Assembly: GCF_000315625.1 (NCBI RefSeq)
Contig: NW_005434611.1
Span: 1 to 64,000 of the forward strand
Reading direction: 5' to 3'
Source: Guillardia theta CCMP2712
Lineage: Eukaryota > Protista > Cryptophyta
DNA: 64,000 nt
Shown here: in pieces, positions 32,928 to 46,995 of the stretch
How positions within the stretch are numbered: position 1 is the stretch's first letter
Layout: the number at the start of each line of letters is the position of its first letter
Notes under the pieces: generated by a model
What the model was told of the DNA's origin: nothing
The model's input: only the letters and a program-made list of their open reading frames with translations
Databases searched by the model: none
Position numbers and translations under genes: made by a program

Positions 32928-34355
32928 GGAGAGTGAGAAGAGTGAGGGGAGTGAGGAGAGTGAGGGATACTGGACAGCACGGGGAGGGTTGAAGGCATCA
33001 CGATCACGCGCTTGCTCCCTGCTCTCCCCTTCACTAGCGGCTAGCAATCTCCAGGATTGGGGGATGCTGGTCTAGTCAATAGGGGGTAGGGTGGGATCAG
33101 TACGGGTACATTCATCTGGTTTTAATACGACCCGGGTACTTGTAGTGCAATAAGGTCTATTCAGGTGGGTCCGAGGTAGACCCCGTGGGTCCAATGTTAA
33201 CCCAACAATAGGGATCGAACTGGTTGTGATAGGTGGGTGGTATGTTATTTGGAGCTAGAACCATTTAGTTAATAAACAATTCTGTACAACATATTACGAT
33301 TATAAGTATAATAATAATGTTAAATAAAAATGGTACAGTTATATAAATGAATATATTCTGTTTATAGGTACGAAATATCCATACCTCGTCTTATCGATCA
33401 CGATCCCTCGAGCTTGATGTCGAACTGATTTTGTTTCACCTACGTACTGGCCGGATACTTCGGTCATTGCCGGGCCAACCTCAGTGGGCGGCTGCCAGTG
33501 AGCGCCGGCCGGGCCCGGGGCATCTGATCCTGGGCCGCGCCTTTGCCACCGTGCCGTGACGGTTTCCGACAGTGCCGCAAGTATTACTGCTTGAAGAGTA
33601 CGGTACTGTAACTTGTGACGCCGCTAGTCTCACGCCGGTCCTCAGCCACGGTGCCGCGAAGCCCGGGCCTGAGTCGCTCTACTAGGCGGCCGGGCTACCG
33701 TACTCGACGGTGACCGCCCCGTATCACCGTGGCACCGTCACTGCCTCAGTGACAGTGTACGGTCGCCGTCGCCGGACTCGGTGACTCCGCCCCCCGCGGC
33801 GGCGCGTTGGCAACCCGGTTGAACCGGGTGAAGTCACTGAACTCAGTTCTGAATCGCCGCGGCCAGCCTGACGGTGCCGCCGGCCTAGCGGCGCGCCTAC
33901 TCAGTGAGTAGTAGACAAGTTTGTTAGAGTGGCCGCGCGACCGGGCCGTACCGTACTGCAGTGCACAGCGGCATCATCCCGCCGCGATCTCGCCGCCCGG
34001 CCGGCCCGGGCCCTGGGGCCCGCCCCGCGGCAATGTTGGCAGGCGACCGTGACCGTATAGTACGGCGGATCCGCCGCCGGGGCCCGGCAGCGGATGCAGT
34101 TCAATTCTTCAACTTTTGGCAAGTCCGAATCATGTTTCAAGTGTCACAGTGTGCAGTGCTGTCACGGTGGGCCGCGCTCCGAGGCTCAGTCCCGGCCGCA
34201 ACTTAGAAGCCGGCGGCGCCGCGCCCTGGCACTCACGGTCGGCCCCGGCGTACGGCACTGAGCTGGCGGCGCGGCCCGGCCCGCCGGCCTGCCGGGGGGG
34301 GCCGGTCAGCCATCATTCAAGCTCGCCGAATGTTTTCCCGGATTTGCCTACTGTG

Positions 34356-36412
34356 ATGGGGTCCACATTTGATGGGACGAGTGAGAGAGAGGAAGCCGGG
34401 GAAGAATGGCAGTCAGTGAGGCAGAACTCAAGATTGCTTGAAGCAATGCTAGTCCAGCTGTCACAGAGTGCATGCCCGGATAAATGGAGACTGATTGTGA
34501 TGTACAGGTTTCCATCCCTTGTCTCTGACCTCATCCTCTGGCTTTGAATGGATGTCTGTGCCAGTGGCTATTGTCATGGACAGAAATATATCGAAGTTCG
34601 TCTGAGGTCCTTTCCCTCCCTTCCCTGGTTACAATGAAGAACAAAGAGAGCAAGCGACTCTTTTCGACTTACAATTCATGCATTGCCCTTTTCAGGTCAG
34701 CTGGATTGAGGGGAACGAGCAAGTGGAGACTGATTGATTGCAGGAGATTATCCAAGTCTACCAACACCAGGGATTTGTGGGTGCGATGTGCAGTCTTGAC
34801 AGCAACGGTTGTCTTCCTGGCATCGATGATGTGGCACTGGATACCTCAGAAGACAAGTCTGAATACGGAACATAGAGCACAACCATCGTCTCAGCCTGCA
34901 GTTGCGAGAGCGAGATGCTCACCGACTGTTGACATGCATCACGTCGGCTCATGCAAGCCATTCGCATCATTCCAGCAAGATTGCAGTTTGTCGCCCGAAC
35001 AAGCGTACTCTCGCATACTGACAGCGGCTGCGGCGGCTCTCAAGGGCGAAAAGGTGAGGGAAGTGAAGCAAGGGAACGGAGTTACTCTGATCAATGAGTA
35101 TCTTCCAACCAATGTTTGGTAAAGAAGCCATGGCATGTTTCACTGAGTGACAAGTGCCGTAGGGTGCTGTCTGGAGACGAGCTGTTCGTGTTCCCGACTT
35201 GCGAGGTCGGTGATACCTTCGACATCCCGCTGCCATCGGCCAACAGGAATTCCATCGCAAAGGTAAATCGTGAGAGGTTTAAGGCAGTTGAGCGACTCGT
35301 CACCTTACTCAAGGTGAGGAGTATCTCCCCGCGGGTCCTCGAAGTAGAAGATTTCCTCACTCCCGAGGAATGTCACGAACTCATCTCGTCGGCGAAGCCG
35401 TTGATGTCTCGGAGCACAGTAAGCGCAGAAGGTGACTCAGCGGTGTCGCTTCAGGTGCATGGAAGTGGCAGTGTGGGCAAGAACTGAAGATCTCGTGATG
35501 CAGGAGAGCTCGCGGACCTCCAGCACAGCTTGGCTTCCACCCCACTCGCACACCCTTGCCAATAAGCTGTACGACAGAGTTTCGAGCCTTGTTGGCATTG
35601 ATTTTCGAAAGCACGAGCATGTCGTGGTCGAGGATTTACAGGCAATCGACAAGAGGGGTGGAAGTAGCGTAACAGCCTGGCAGGTTCTTCGATACGAAGT
35701 GAACCAGCACTATCACATTCACCAGTACATAGATGCCTGAGTTTGAAAGCCGGCCCTCACATTTTCTACAGTGACTACTTCGACCCTGTGCTGCATCGCG
35801 GCTTTCTACAAGGAGACGGCAGGTCGGCATGGATGTCTTATTGACCGTGAAGAACTATTTATGTTTATGTGGACAGGAACCGATTCATTACTGCCTTCTT
35901 CTACTTAACCGATGTTGAGCGTGGTGGCGAGACATGCTTCCCCATGACAGGCAAACTATCTTTTACGCCTGCTCTCCGACCTCACTTCCCCAACCACTCT
36001 GCTTTCCCTGTTCCGAACTCCCCTCTCCACCACCCTGAATCAAGTCCTTCGGTACCCCAAGCTCCCCCCCTCCTCCCTCCTCCCACGAGACGAAATCCGC
36101 TTCTTTTCCTGCTCTTCCTCTGCTGTCACAGCTCACAGTGCAAGAAGGTGATCCTCGGCCCATCACCGACTACTCCGACTGCAATCGCGGGCTGCGCGTC
36201 CCTCCGAAGCGAGGCAAGGCAATCATTTTCTACTCGCTGCTGGCCGATGGACAGGTTCGACCCACAGCCTGCCAGCATGTGCCTGACATGTCCCACAGAG
36301 AAGCGGAGGACTCGATGTCGCCTCCTGGCATGGCGGGTGCGACGTTCACAACGGAACGAAGTGGGCAGCGAACTACTGGATCACTCTCAAAGGGGTGCAT
36401 CCTCAGCGTTGA
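34356..36412 (+). CDS. Prolyl 4-hydroxylase alpha-like (2OG-Fe(II) dioxygenase), membrane-anchored, multi-exon; start uncertain
   Basis: PRVLEVEDFLTPEEC, RTSSTAWL, QVLRYEVNQHY, NRFITAFFYLTDVERGGETCFP, WHGGCDVHNGTKWAANYW. Confidence 0.9.
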
Positions 36413-37097
36413 GAAGAAGTTGCTGATTCGAAAAGATTTATTTTCAATGTAATAGAATGAAACGATTTGTTTTATTTCTCGTAACACCATGAAACCATCT
36501 CTCTTCGTCCCAATTGTGTTTTTAAAAATGATTAATTGCAATTGAGTCGTAAACCTTCTGTTTTCGCGACGGTTGGAGGAATTAAAAAATACTTTTTAAA
36601 AGGGGTCAATGGGGGAAAACAAGAGAGGAGGGGGGCGATCCGGGGGGGTAGGGGTTGTAGAAAAATCGGGGTGATAGACAGGCCATAAGGGGGTAGGTGC
36701 TGGCATAAGCAAGGGGTAGGGGTAATCGTCCCTTTATGTAGATTGGGGGTAATGTAAAGGAAAGGGTAGGGGTAGCACAACAGAACCGAAATCACAGGAT
36801 TTGCTGGGAGCGGTCCAGGGTAGTAGAGCATAATACAGGGGTAGGGGGTAGGAGGGTGCTATAGATATAGAAGGGTAGGGGGTGATGGAGTCGGATTTTC
36901 GCGGCCGCGGGAAGTATGGCAGGGAGGTGAGGACAGGCAAGAAGAAAGAAGCAACAGAAGCATAAGATAAGGAGCTGTTGAGGGTCAGAGGAAACGAGCA
37001 ACGAAGCGAGGAAGGAGAACAAGAAGCGAGGAAGGAGGATCAGTCGGAGGAAGAGTCTTGAACCAGTCGACCACCTTGCTTCATCAATTCGTACCGA

Positions 37098-40000
37098 TGG
37101 ATTCTGCTCGCACACTTCAAGTTGTTCTGCTTGTCGCATGCGGTAAGATTCGTGTGGTTTCAAACATTTTGTCTATTGCGATGAGATTACTCGTGACCTA
37201 CTGTTTGTCTGCTTTGGACATTGATTGTAAATAAATCGCTTGTGCATGTTGTGATATTTCTATTTTTAATCGAGCTAGCATCAAACTTGACTGACTTGTG
37301 CTTCAGGTCTCCTGGAGGTCACGGCCTACAGTTCACTTGCCTTGTCGTCGCCTGCTAGATACCTGACCTTGCAAGCTGATGTAGTGCGAACACCACGGAG
37401 GGCGAGCATCTTGTCTATGCGACAAACGCTCTCGTCCGATGAAGAGACGAAGCAGTCGCTGCATGGAGCAGCCAAGGGTCACGACCATGGCCATCACGCC
37501 CACCAGCTTCCTCCCTTGCTGAGCCCAAAGATGTTCCACACAGGCACATCAGCTGTGAAGTCACAGGAGATCAAGGATCCGGACATGATGGACAACTTTC
37601 TCACCGGGCTGTTCCAGGTGCTTCTTCCCAACCCCTCTCATTTGATCAATGTGTGCTGACTGCCTGATCGAAGATCGGGGGAAAGTTTCTGTGGCCAAAC
37701 GACAAGGCTGTCTTGGCGGTGGGACACATCAACGATCTCATCGGCGATCGTCCCATGTTCATGCCGCTCAACAAGTACTTCCGCGAGGTTTGGACGACTT
37801 GCCTCAGATGCTGCATCCCTCTACTCAGCATGCTCCCTTCTCCTCTCTCCCTCGCCCTTTCTCTCCCCAGTTCTTTATCCTGTGAACCGCCGTGTTCCTC
37901 TTACTCCCTGTTTCTGCGACAAACCACGGAAGTCCTCACTTTCCTCCCTCCCTCCCTCCCTCCCTCCCTCCCTCCCTCCCTCCCTCCCTCCCTTGCCATC
38001 TCGATAGCTGCTCCTCATGCTGCATTCTTACGTCATCTCACTTTGTCTGGCAGTATGGAGGAGTTTACAAGCTTTCCTTCGCTCCTGTGCCACAAGCAAC
38101 CTTCTACGTGCTCTCTGACCCACACGCGATCAAGCACGTTCTGAAAGAGAGTCCCAACGACTTTGACAAGGTCTCGAAGCTCGGGGTAGTCTGCCAGCTG
38201 CTGACGCATGGACAGGGTCTGCTATCTGAGATTCTAGAGCCCATCCTTGGAAAAGGTCTCATTCCCGCAGACCCCGAGACCTGGAGGCAGCGACGCCCCG
38301 TGATCCAGGTGACGCAGATGTTGTGGTGCTGCTCGATTTCTATATCGCCTGCAATCCGAACATCCGTATCATCGGCATTTTCCTCGTCGTCATCATCATA
38401 CTCATATTCATATTCATGGTCTTCATCACAAATCATCCCATTGAATTCTTCGGTCGTGTTCTCTTCATCGTGTCTACTTTCCTGTTCTGCTGGCATTCAT
38501 GACATCTTCTTCAGCCTGGTTTCCACATGCGCTGGTTAGAAAGGATGACGATGACCTTCAATGAATGCGCCTCGATTATGATCGACAAGCTTGAGGGAGA
38601 GGCAGATGCCGGGAATCTGGTGGATATGGAAGGAATGTTCAACTCAGTCTCTCTCGATATCATCGGCAAAGCTGTTTTTAACTACGAGTTTGGCTCTGTC
38701 ACCCGTGAGTCCCCGGTGATCAAGGTAAGTTCGTTCCCCCCTCGATGCGCTCTCAGCTCCGCTCTCGTCCCCTCCGCCTTCTCCCCCTCCTTCATCCCTA
38801 CTCCTCCCCCTCCGCAGATGCTACTCTCTCCCTTTCCTCCTCAATTCCTCTTCCAGTCTTGTCATCTTTCTCCCGATCTCTGTATGACCTTTTGTTTTCA
38901 GGCAGCGTACGCATGCCTCAAGGAAGCGGAGCACAGATCGACTTTCCTCCTTCCCTACTGGAACGTTCCCTTCCTTGGTCAGGGCAAGTTCTCAGTTGTT
39001 CCTCGTCAGCGGGAGTTTGCGGCTCACCTGGAGGTAAGATACAGTAGGATGAGGAGGGAGGGAAGGAGAGGAGAGGAGAGGAGAGGAGAGAGGAGAGGAG
39101 AGGAGAGGAGAGGAGGGGGCGCAGGACGTAAGGCAGGAGGAGAGGAGGGGCGATGCTGACATCTTGTAGGTGTTGAATGACACGCTGGACACAATCATCC
39201 AGAAAGCAAAATCGCTGAAGAACGAAGATGATCTCGAGGCTCTTGAGAGAAGAGACTACAAGAGTATCCAGGTGCTTCAGCATGATCCGATACGTGGACG
39301 CTGCTCCTTCTCTCTCCCCACGTGTTGCCCCATCTCTTCTCTTGAGGCTACTTGCTCTCCTTCCCTCCTCTCTCCTCTCTCTCTCCCCCCCCTCCCGCTT
39401 CCCCCCGCGTCTTCCTTGAACTTTCTCTCTTGTCCGGAACTTGCATCGCATGCAGGACTGACAGTCTCCTAGGATCCTTCGCTCCTCCGCTTCCTCGTCG
39501 ACCTGCGAGGAGGTGACTGTAACGACAAGCAGGTGCGGCTGATGAGCGACGTCGCCGTTCTCACCCCTTGCAACAGCTCAGGGACGATCTCATGACTCTC
39601 CTCGTCGCCGGGCACGAGACCACAGGCTCCCTCCTCACCTGGACTGCCTTCGAGCTCGCCCAGGTCAGCTGACGCGCATCCCGAACTCAGTCGCTCATCC
39701 CTCTCAGAATCCAGCGGAGATGCGGAAGGTGCAGGAGGAGGTCGATCGCGTCCTAGGGGGTCGCAATCCGACCATGGATGATATCAAGAAGCTCGAGTAC
39801 ACGCGGCTCGTCCTCGCCGAGGGCCTCCGCCTGTACCCCCAGGTGAGGATGGAAGAAGGAAGAACTGACGGAGTGGGCGGGGATGAGAGGAGAGAAGGGT
39901 ATAGGGGGGAGGAAGGGGGCGAGAGGAGGAAAGGGATGGAGAGGAAGGGATAAGGAAGGGGGAGGAGGGGAGGGATGGAGAGAAGGGAGGTAGCTGATGT

Positions 40001-40766
40001 GTACTTCAGCCTCCTATTCTCCTCCGACGAGCTCTCAAGGAGACGAAACTTCCTGTCGCTCACAGCGGAAGTCACGAGGACCAGGCGAGCAGCGACATGC
40101 AGCCATCCGGCGTCTCCATCTCCCCTGGAGCCAATATCTTCATCTCGGTAAGAGGAGGAGGAAGTCAAGGAAGCAAGATCTGCAGAGAAGATGACGGAGA
40201 GGAGAAGGGAGGAAGGGGAGAGGAAGCAGAGAGGAGGAGGGAGCAGAGAGGTAACGAGAGGAGGAGGACGGTGACTGTGTTTGCAGGTCTGGAACCTTCA
40301 CAGGAACCCGAAGCTATGGGACAACCCTGACTCCTTCGACCCCTCCCGCTGGTTGCGCCCTCAGCCCGCTACCAACGGTCATAGCAGCTGGGCAGGATAC
40401 ACCCCCAGGAAAGATATGGGGCTCTATCCCAACGAGAACGACGCCAACTATGGCTACATCCCCTTCGGAGGAGGACAGCGCAAGTGCGTTGGCGATCAGT
40501 TTGCGATGCAGGAAGCTGTAGTCATCCTCTCCAAGCTCTTCCAGCGCTTCGACATCGAGCTTGCTGGTGCTTTCTTCCCCCCTGCTTCCTACATCTCCGA
40601 GCCCCCCCTCCCTCTTGCTTCTCGCTGCTCCTTTCCCTTCTCGTCTCCTCTCAGCTGCTGACCTCGAGGTCGTACAGGGTCTCCAGAGGAGGTGGGCATG
40701 TCCACTGGCGCAACCATCCACAGCAAGAACGGCCTGATGATCCGCCTCAAGAAGAGGAACGTCTGA
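37098..40766 (+). CDS. CYP97: Cytochrome P450 CYP97 family (carotenoid hydroxylase-like), multi-exon; start approximate
   Basis: [73 protein letters not shown]. Confidence 0.93.
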
Positions 40767-41272
40767 GTCAGAAGCCTCTGCTCCGGCCCATCACTGTCAT
40801 CCGACGGTCCCTGAGGTTACTCAGGCCGGGCTTTTCTCCTCAACGTTCTGCTCCTGAGCTTTTGCAGCTCCTGCCATTCAATCTCCTCGTATCCTGCTAG
40901 CTTCTGCCCCTTAAGATCAAGCTCCTCCTCCTCCTCCTCCTCCTCCTCCTCCTCCTCCTTCTCCTCCCCTCCCCCTCCTCCTCCTCCTTCTCCTCCCCTC
41001 CTCCTCCTCCTTCCTTGGTCCCTTCAGCCGCTTCCCTAAATTTTCCGCCTGTGAGTAGAACAGAGAATGACAACCAATGAGCATCTGACCGTACCTCACT
41101 CGTCAACAAGTCGCATACTGCACTTATAAGAGTGCTTTACTCAAAGTTAAGTTAAAATCAGTACGAGGACAATCAGAAAACTTGAAAAAGTTTGAAACTT
41201 TACGTTTCAAACTCTGTGCGATACAAACTTTTCAAAGTTCGTCCACAAAGTCATGGGCGGATCCCAGAGCAT

Positions 41273-43765
41273 CATGCGTGCCGCTATGATCCTCTTCCTC
41301 TGCCTGTCGTCCTTCCAGTCCCCATCCTCACCCTCCCTTCCTCTCTTTGCTTCCTCCTCCTCTTCCTCCTCTTCCTCCTCTTCATCCTCTTCCCGCTATT
41401 TTCTCTCTTCCTCCCCATCCTCGCCCCTCCTCTCCTTCCATCCTTCCCCTTCGTCTCCCGTTCCCTCTCGATACCCTTGCGGTATCCAATCTCAATCCGG
41501 GAGACTGAGAGGAGGGGGAGAGACTGTGAGTCAAGAAGAAATCATCAAGCGCTTGAATGAGATAGATGAGCTCTATGCTCAAGGGCAACTTACAGAGGGG
41601 CAGATGCAAACTGAGAGACAACGAATCATGGAAGACATTGCAAGAATGCTGGAGCTGAGGGCAGACGATGAGCATGGGGATGACGAGGAGCTGGACGAAA
41701 AAGATGATGACTACTACCTTAACTTGACTTCTGTCCGGATAGCGAACAACGAGTTGGCAAAAGCAAATGCCATAGGAAGAAGGGAGTTCGTCCACCTTGG
41801 TGACATCTATATGCGCTTGGATGGGAGGATGGAAGTTACAGACGAAGAGCTGAAGTTGCTGCGCCGGAGAAAGATGCGGTTTGCGAGTGAAGACAAGCTG
41901 GGATTTGCGGCATTCTGTTTTGCAGAGCCGAGGTGCCTTGCGAACGGGACCGTGGGTCCACAATGCAGGGGAAAGATTCGCCTATCAGGGAACGAGTGGG
42001 TGAGCCTGTGTTGTGGGAGAGAGAACTGAATGTTGGCATGCAGAGTCGTGTCCTTCTGGAAGCAAGCGGCTGAGGAGAGATGTAAGGAGCTGCTCGACCC
42101 CACCGGAAGACCCTCGGAGGAGATTTCCGGCATTGAATTCGTTGCAAACCGTGACATTGCAGTAGGCGAGCATATCATCAGTGGGTAACCTTTTCTCTTG
42201 TCCTGCTGCTGACTTTGCTCCTAGTCTTCTGCTACAACTACACTGGCCCTGAAAATCGAACGATCTTGCCCCTGCGATGTTCGCCCTATGGAAAGCTCAA
42301 ACGCGCACTGTGGATTCCTGAGAAGAGAATTCTAAACATTACAGTCGAGGAAGACATCTTTGCTGATGAGCCCTTTCACGTGGCGTTCGATTGCGATGTG
42401 AAGCTAGTGAAGAGAGCAGATGTGATCGACATCGGAGAAGAAGAGTTCCTCAACTCTTTGTTTGCTTCTCCTCCCATCAAAACTTTCAGCCGCTGGAAAA
42501 AGCGGCTCGATGCGGAGCGTGAAGATCTCCTGAACAAATCTGCGGGGATGAGTAAAAATCAGGGATGGGTTCTGAAAGATGAGTCGCTTCCTCTCATCCA
42601 ACCGGGAACTATCATGCAGCTTGTCAACCTCGAACAGAGGCCCGAGTACAACGGGAAGTTGGTAGCGATGGTGGGACGATCGATGGAGCGGTACCAAGTG
42701 CAGATGATCGATACAGGGAGGACGATCTTGGTCCGACCTCAAAACCTTAAGACAACAGATGCAGAAGTTGATGCTGGAAGCATTTCAAAGGCAGAGAGCC
42801 AAGCCTGGATCCTGCTCAACCAGTTGTATCCCAACGCAAGGGAGAACATATCCTTCTCAGACAAGCGATTGTACCAGCTCTCTGCAGAAGATCTGGAGAT
42901 CCTGGAACGGTTGAATCTCAGCTCGTACACCAACAAGTTCTTCTGGGATACGCAGCACAATGATGGAGGGCTGGGGAAGCAGATCATTCCTCCTCTTGGA
43001 ACGAGAGTCGATGAGATGGAAGAAATCGTTACCGTACCAAGGTGAGTGAGAGGATTGCTCTTGTGCATCTAAATCCCTTGCAGTGCAATCGAGATGCAGT
43101 ACAAGGATCGCTTTCAACCAAGACAAGCCATCATTGACTTCGGGCTCCAGACTGCAAGTCTGGCCAACAACCCCGCAAGGTCTTCTCCTTCACAATTCTG
43201 CATTGTCTCCCCCATTGCGCGTTCCTGACTGACTCCTCGCAGCATCCGAGAGCTCGTGGCGGCAGGCGCAAACTTGAGTACGAGAGTGTTTCCTGGATGT
43301 CCCCACGGAGACCACCTTCGCACTCCACTGCATGTGGCATGTTACGAGGGGAAGGAGGAGGCTGCGATGGTGATTTTGCTGCGCGCTAGTGCCTGGCTGA
43401 GTTTCCACAGGCGCTGTTGGAGCTCGGGGCGGATCCAAACGCACTGGACGAGACCGAGGCTACTCCTCTCCACATGGCAGGGGTGAAGGGGAGGACACGA
43501 CTGGTGAAGGAGCTCATGGAGTATGGAGCGGACCCAACCCTCAAAAATAAGTTCAACCACTCCTGCATTCAACGTATGTCTACGTAGATACCTGTAGCTC
43601 TATCTCACTCGGTATGCAGGAGCAATCTTCTGGGGTCAGTACGACGCGGCAAAGGCGATGCTGGACAAGGTCGGCAAGGCGTACGACAGGAGCGAGATAC
43701 GAGATATGAACCGGTACAGTGTACTTCTCTCGAAGAACGTGGAAAGGTTTCGACATGAGGATTAG
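41273..43765 (+). CDS. Ankyrin-repeat protein with hydrophobic N-terminal leader and SH3/KOW-like module, multi-exon
   Basis: TPLHVACYEG..GADPNALDETEATPLHMAG..GADPTLKN at the C-terminus; ORFs 41253-42029 and 42215-43045. Confidence 0.75.
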
Positions 43766-44149
43766 AGTCGTTTCGCACTCAGTGCGGCAGTGTGGTCAGT
43801 TTATGATTCAACTTGGGTGAACTTTGAGTAAATCGCCACCCCAGAATGATCAATGCCAGGATTACGGGCGGCACGGGCTGCACTGGAGTCCCATCGCGGC
43901 CGTCGGGCGCTACGGCCCGGCGCACAGTGCGGCAAGCGCCTGAGCCCGGCCTGCCGCGGACTGGCCGCGCCCCGCCGGGCGCCGGTCCCGCCGGCCCCCG
44001 GCCCCAAGTTGGGCCCGGCGCCGGCCAGGGACTCCGGAAAGGTCACTGGAGTAACCAAGTAGGTCGGAGTTCTAAGTAGACGTTGATGTCTCCCTCGTTT
44101 TCACCTGGGCGAACTTGCTGACCAGCAACAGGCCTCAAGGCGAAGCCGC

Positions 44150-44965
44150 ATGGCAGGGAGGGTGAGCGCCGCCATGCGGGAGGTGCTGGGACAGGCGACG
44201 GGGCTGCTGCAGTTTGGCTGCCTCCTCCACTGCTTCCATGAGCACATCCTTGACGTTACCATCTGTATCGGGCCCTCCATGATCCCTACCTTCAACCTGG
44301 AGGGTGATGTCGTCCTGGTGGAGTTCTGGACCACGCGGAGGCAGAAGCTTGTGAATGGAGATGTCGTTGTCGCCAAGTCCCCGACAAACCCCAAGCAGAC
44401 AGTGTGCAAACGAATCTGCGGGATGGTGAGGAAGGAGGAGGAGCAGGCAGAGACGTGCTCACTTTCATGGCAGCCTGGTGAGATCGTCCGAGTGGCCCCA
44501 CAGCATCCCTTCCAGAGTGCACGGAACTTCCTGGTGAGCAACAGGGGAAGGCAGGAGGGCAGCATGTAGGGGGGCAGCGTATAGGAGGGTAGCGTGTAGA
44601 TCGGCAGCATGTACAACAGCAGCAACGGCAGCATGTACAACTGCAGCATGTTGGGAACGAGGGCGGGGGAGAAGGCAAGGGGGAGGAGGAGAGGAGGGAA
44701 GGTGAGAAGAGGCCGGATATCAACCCTCATGGTGTTGTACAGGTTCCAGATGGACATGTGTGGCTGCAAGGAGACAACCTTCCCAACTCGACCGACTCGA
44801 GACACTACGGTCCTGTTCCTCTCGCTCTCATCCGGGGGAAGGTGTTCTACAAGGCACGTCGGGTCTCCCTGCCGTTCTAGTCTGACTTGCTCGCGTCAGA
44901 TCTGGCCTCTGGGGGAAGCAGGAGTTGTGGAGTCGAAGTTGATGAACCAGGAGTTGAAGGACTAG
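44150..44965 (+). CDS. IMP1: Mitochondrial inner membrane protease subunit 1 (S26 peptidase), multi-exon
   Basis: [49 protein letters not shown]. Confidence 0.9.
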
Positions 44966-45420
44966 ACAGTTTCATCCCTTCATTGTCACCATGAAGTCAA
45001 ACAGTTGCTGCCTCGGAGTGCTCGAACTCCGGCAGCTTCTTGGTAAGGAGGAACCAAGCGTAGATAGCGGAGAAGAGGAAGAACATTCCGATGACGGGCT
45101 GGGCGGGAGGATGTCAGTGTGATCAGCCTTTGAAGAGCAACAATTCACACCCAGTTGTAACCAGCCCATTCAGAAGAGAAGATCTGTTTGTACCTGTGCG
45201 GTACAGGTACAATCAGTTGTTGCATGAACAACATCATGGCATGTCAAGAAAATTCCAAACTGACCCCAAGACAAGAGTTGATGTGCTGAAACATAATAAA
45301 TATCCCTGAGCAAAAATCTTCCTTACGAACGGATCCGGGACCTCTCTTGTCTTCCACACCTGCGAGATGATTCTCACTTAAACAAGAGGATCAGCAAGAT
45401 ACACTGAGCAACAAGAAGCA

Positions 45421-45540
45421 GACGGGGTGAAGAGAAAGGGCAGAACAACTAGGATAACAGGGACAGCTGAGTCAGACCAGGACGGGGTGAAGAGAAAGGG
45501 GAGAACAACAAGGATAACAGGGACAGCTGAGTCAGACCAG
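45421..45540. repeat. 60-bp near-perfect tandem duplication
   Basis: 45421-45480 versus 45481-45540. Confidence 0.9.
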
Positions 45541-45847
45541 CCAACTCTGGGAGAAGATGAGCGCTCCATACAAACGAATGATGGTGTTGGCTTGCTCTGC
45601 CATTATCCTGCACCCTTGCTCCTCGCCTTTGAGATTCATAAAGATCTCGTACAACTACAAGTAGATCACGTCAGTCAACCAAAGTTTTGAAACAAGTGCA
45701 CGGAAACAGAGATGTGAATTCGGAATGTCCCTGGCAAGCGCTTTCTCACCTGTGGGTGGACAATCGCAATTGCTCCTGTCACGGCTGCTAAGAAAGCATG
45801 AATGCCTGCACAACCACGACTGTGAGACCCGATGATAATACAACTCG

Positions 45848-45904
<57 letters not shown>

Positions 45905-46995
45905 GGGTGGAGGAATCACCGTAAATCATATCCAGTTGCTTCTTCTTTGCATAGAGATTCGTGGAAAACCTTCTTTGTCTGTTCTGCTGCGAAGACGTGC
46001 TGTTCTGCTCGGATTGATTTGATCCCGAGGGCCTCAGACATGTGGGTGTGAAGCCGTCGTCGTCGTCTTCGTCGTCTGAGCAGGGGGTGTTTTTAGAGGT
46101 CAACCGAACCATGCTAAATCCGTCAAAGAGGCGGCAAGGGGATGGGTCGGAGGTTCAGAGCAGGTCTTCCTGTGTAAGCGCTCAAGGACGTCTGATGCTG
46201 CTGCTCATAGCTCCTCCGCACTCCTGTCACAATCTTCGGCGTCAAACATGGTACCGCAAGGTTGGGGGTAGGAAATGGGCAGAAGAGCACTGGTACAAGA
46301 ACAAACATGATCCGAAAAGTCGAAGCACAGACAGCTGCTCAACAATGCAACACATGTTGCTTGCGGGTGCCATATCAGCGCTATGCTGCTCCATCACCGT
46401 CGCCATTGTCGTCGCCCCGTCTTCGTTGCATCCCGCCATGGCTTCCGGGCTCTTCAACTAGGGGTAGGGGTACTGATGGAGACTGCAAGAGTAATGAAAA
46501 AGACGGGTACTTTCAGCAAAGAAAGGGGGTGATGTTTGATTGTGGTGGGTAGGGTTGGCCGAGGACTGCTCCGATGGTCGTATTGAAATTGTTCGACTAC
46601 TCGAGGAACGAGGAAACATGGGAGGAGGAGGAGGAGGAGGAGGAGGAGGAGGAGGAGGAGGAGGAGGAGGAGGAGGAGAGGGGAGGGGGAGGAGGATGAA
46701 ACGTGGAAATGGGAATTTCCGGAGACGATACAGAGAGGGAGAGGAGCGGAGAGAAAACAGCAGAGGAAGGCGACAGGCATGGTTGAGTTCGAGGTCAGCT
46801 GGGGAGGGAAGAATAAAGCAGGACGGCCCGAGTGACAATCGAGAGGCAGAGATGTGGCTTTGGATGCGATTTAGCTACACGTGGAGACTAACAACATGCT
46901 GTCAGGTGTTGAGAACAGCTGCTGGATCGATGTGATATCAAGAGTGGAGGACCGCCGCCTGCCCTGATGTAAATTCGATCGACATCGGCTCTGAA

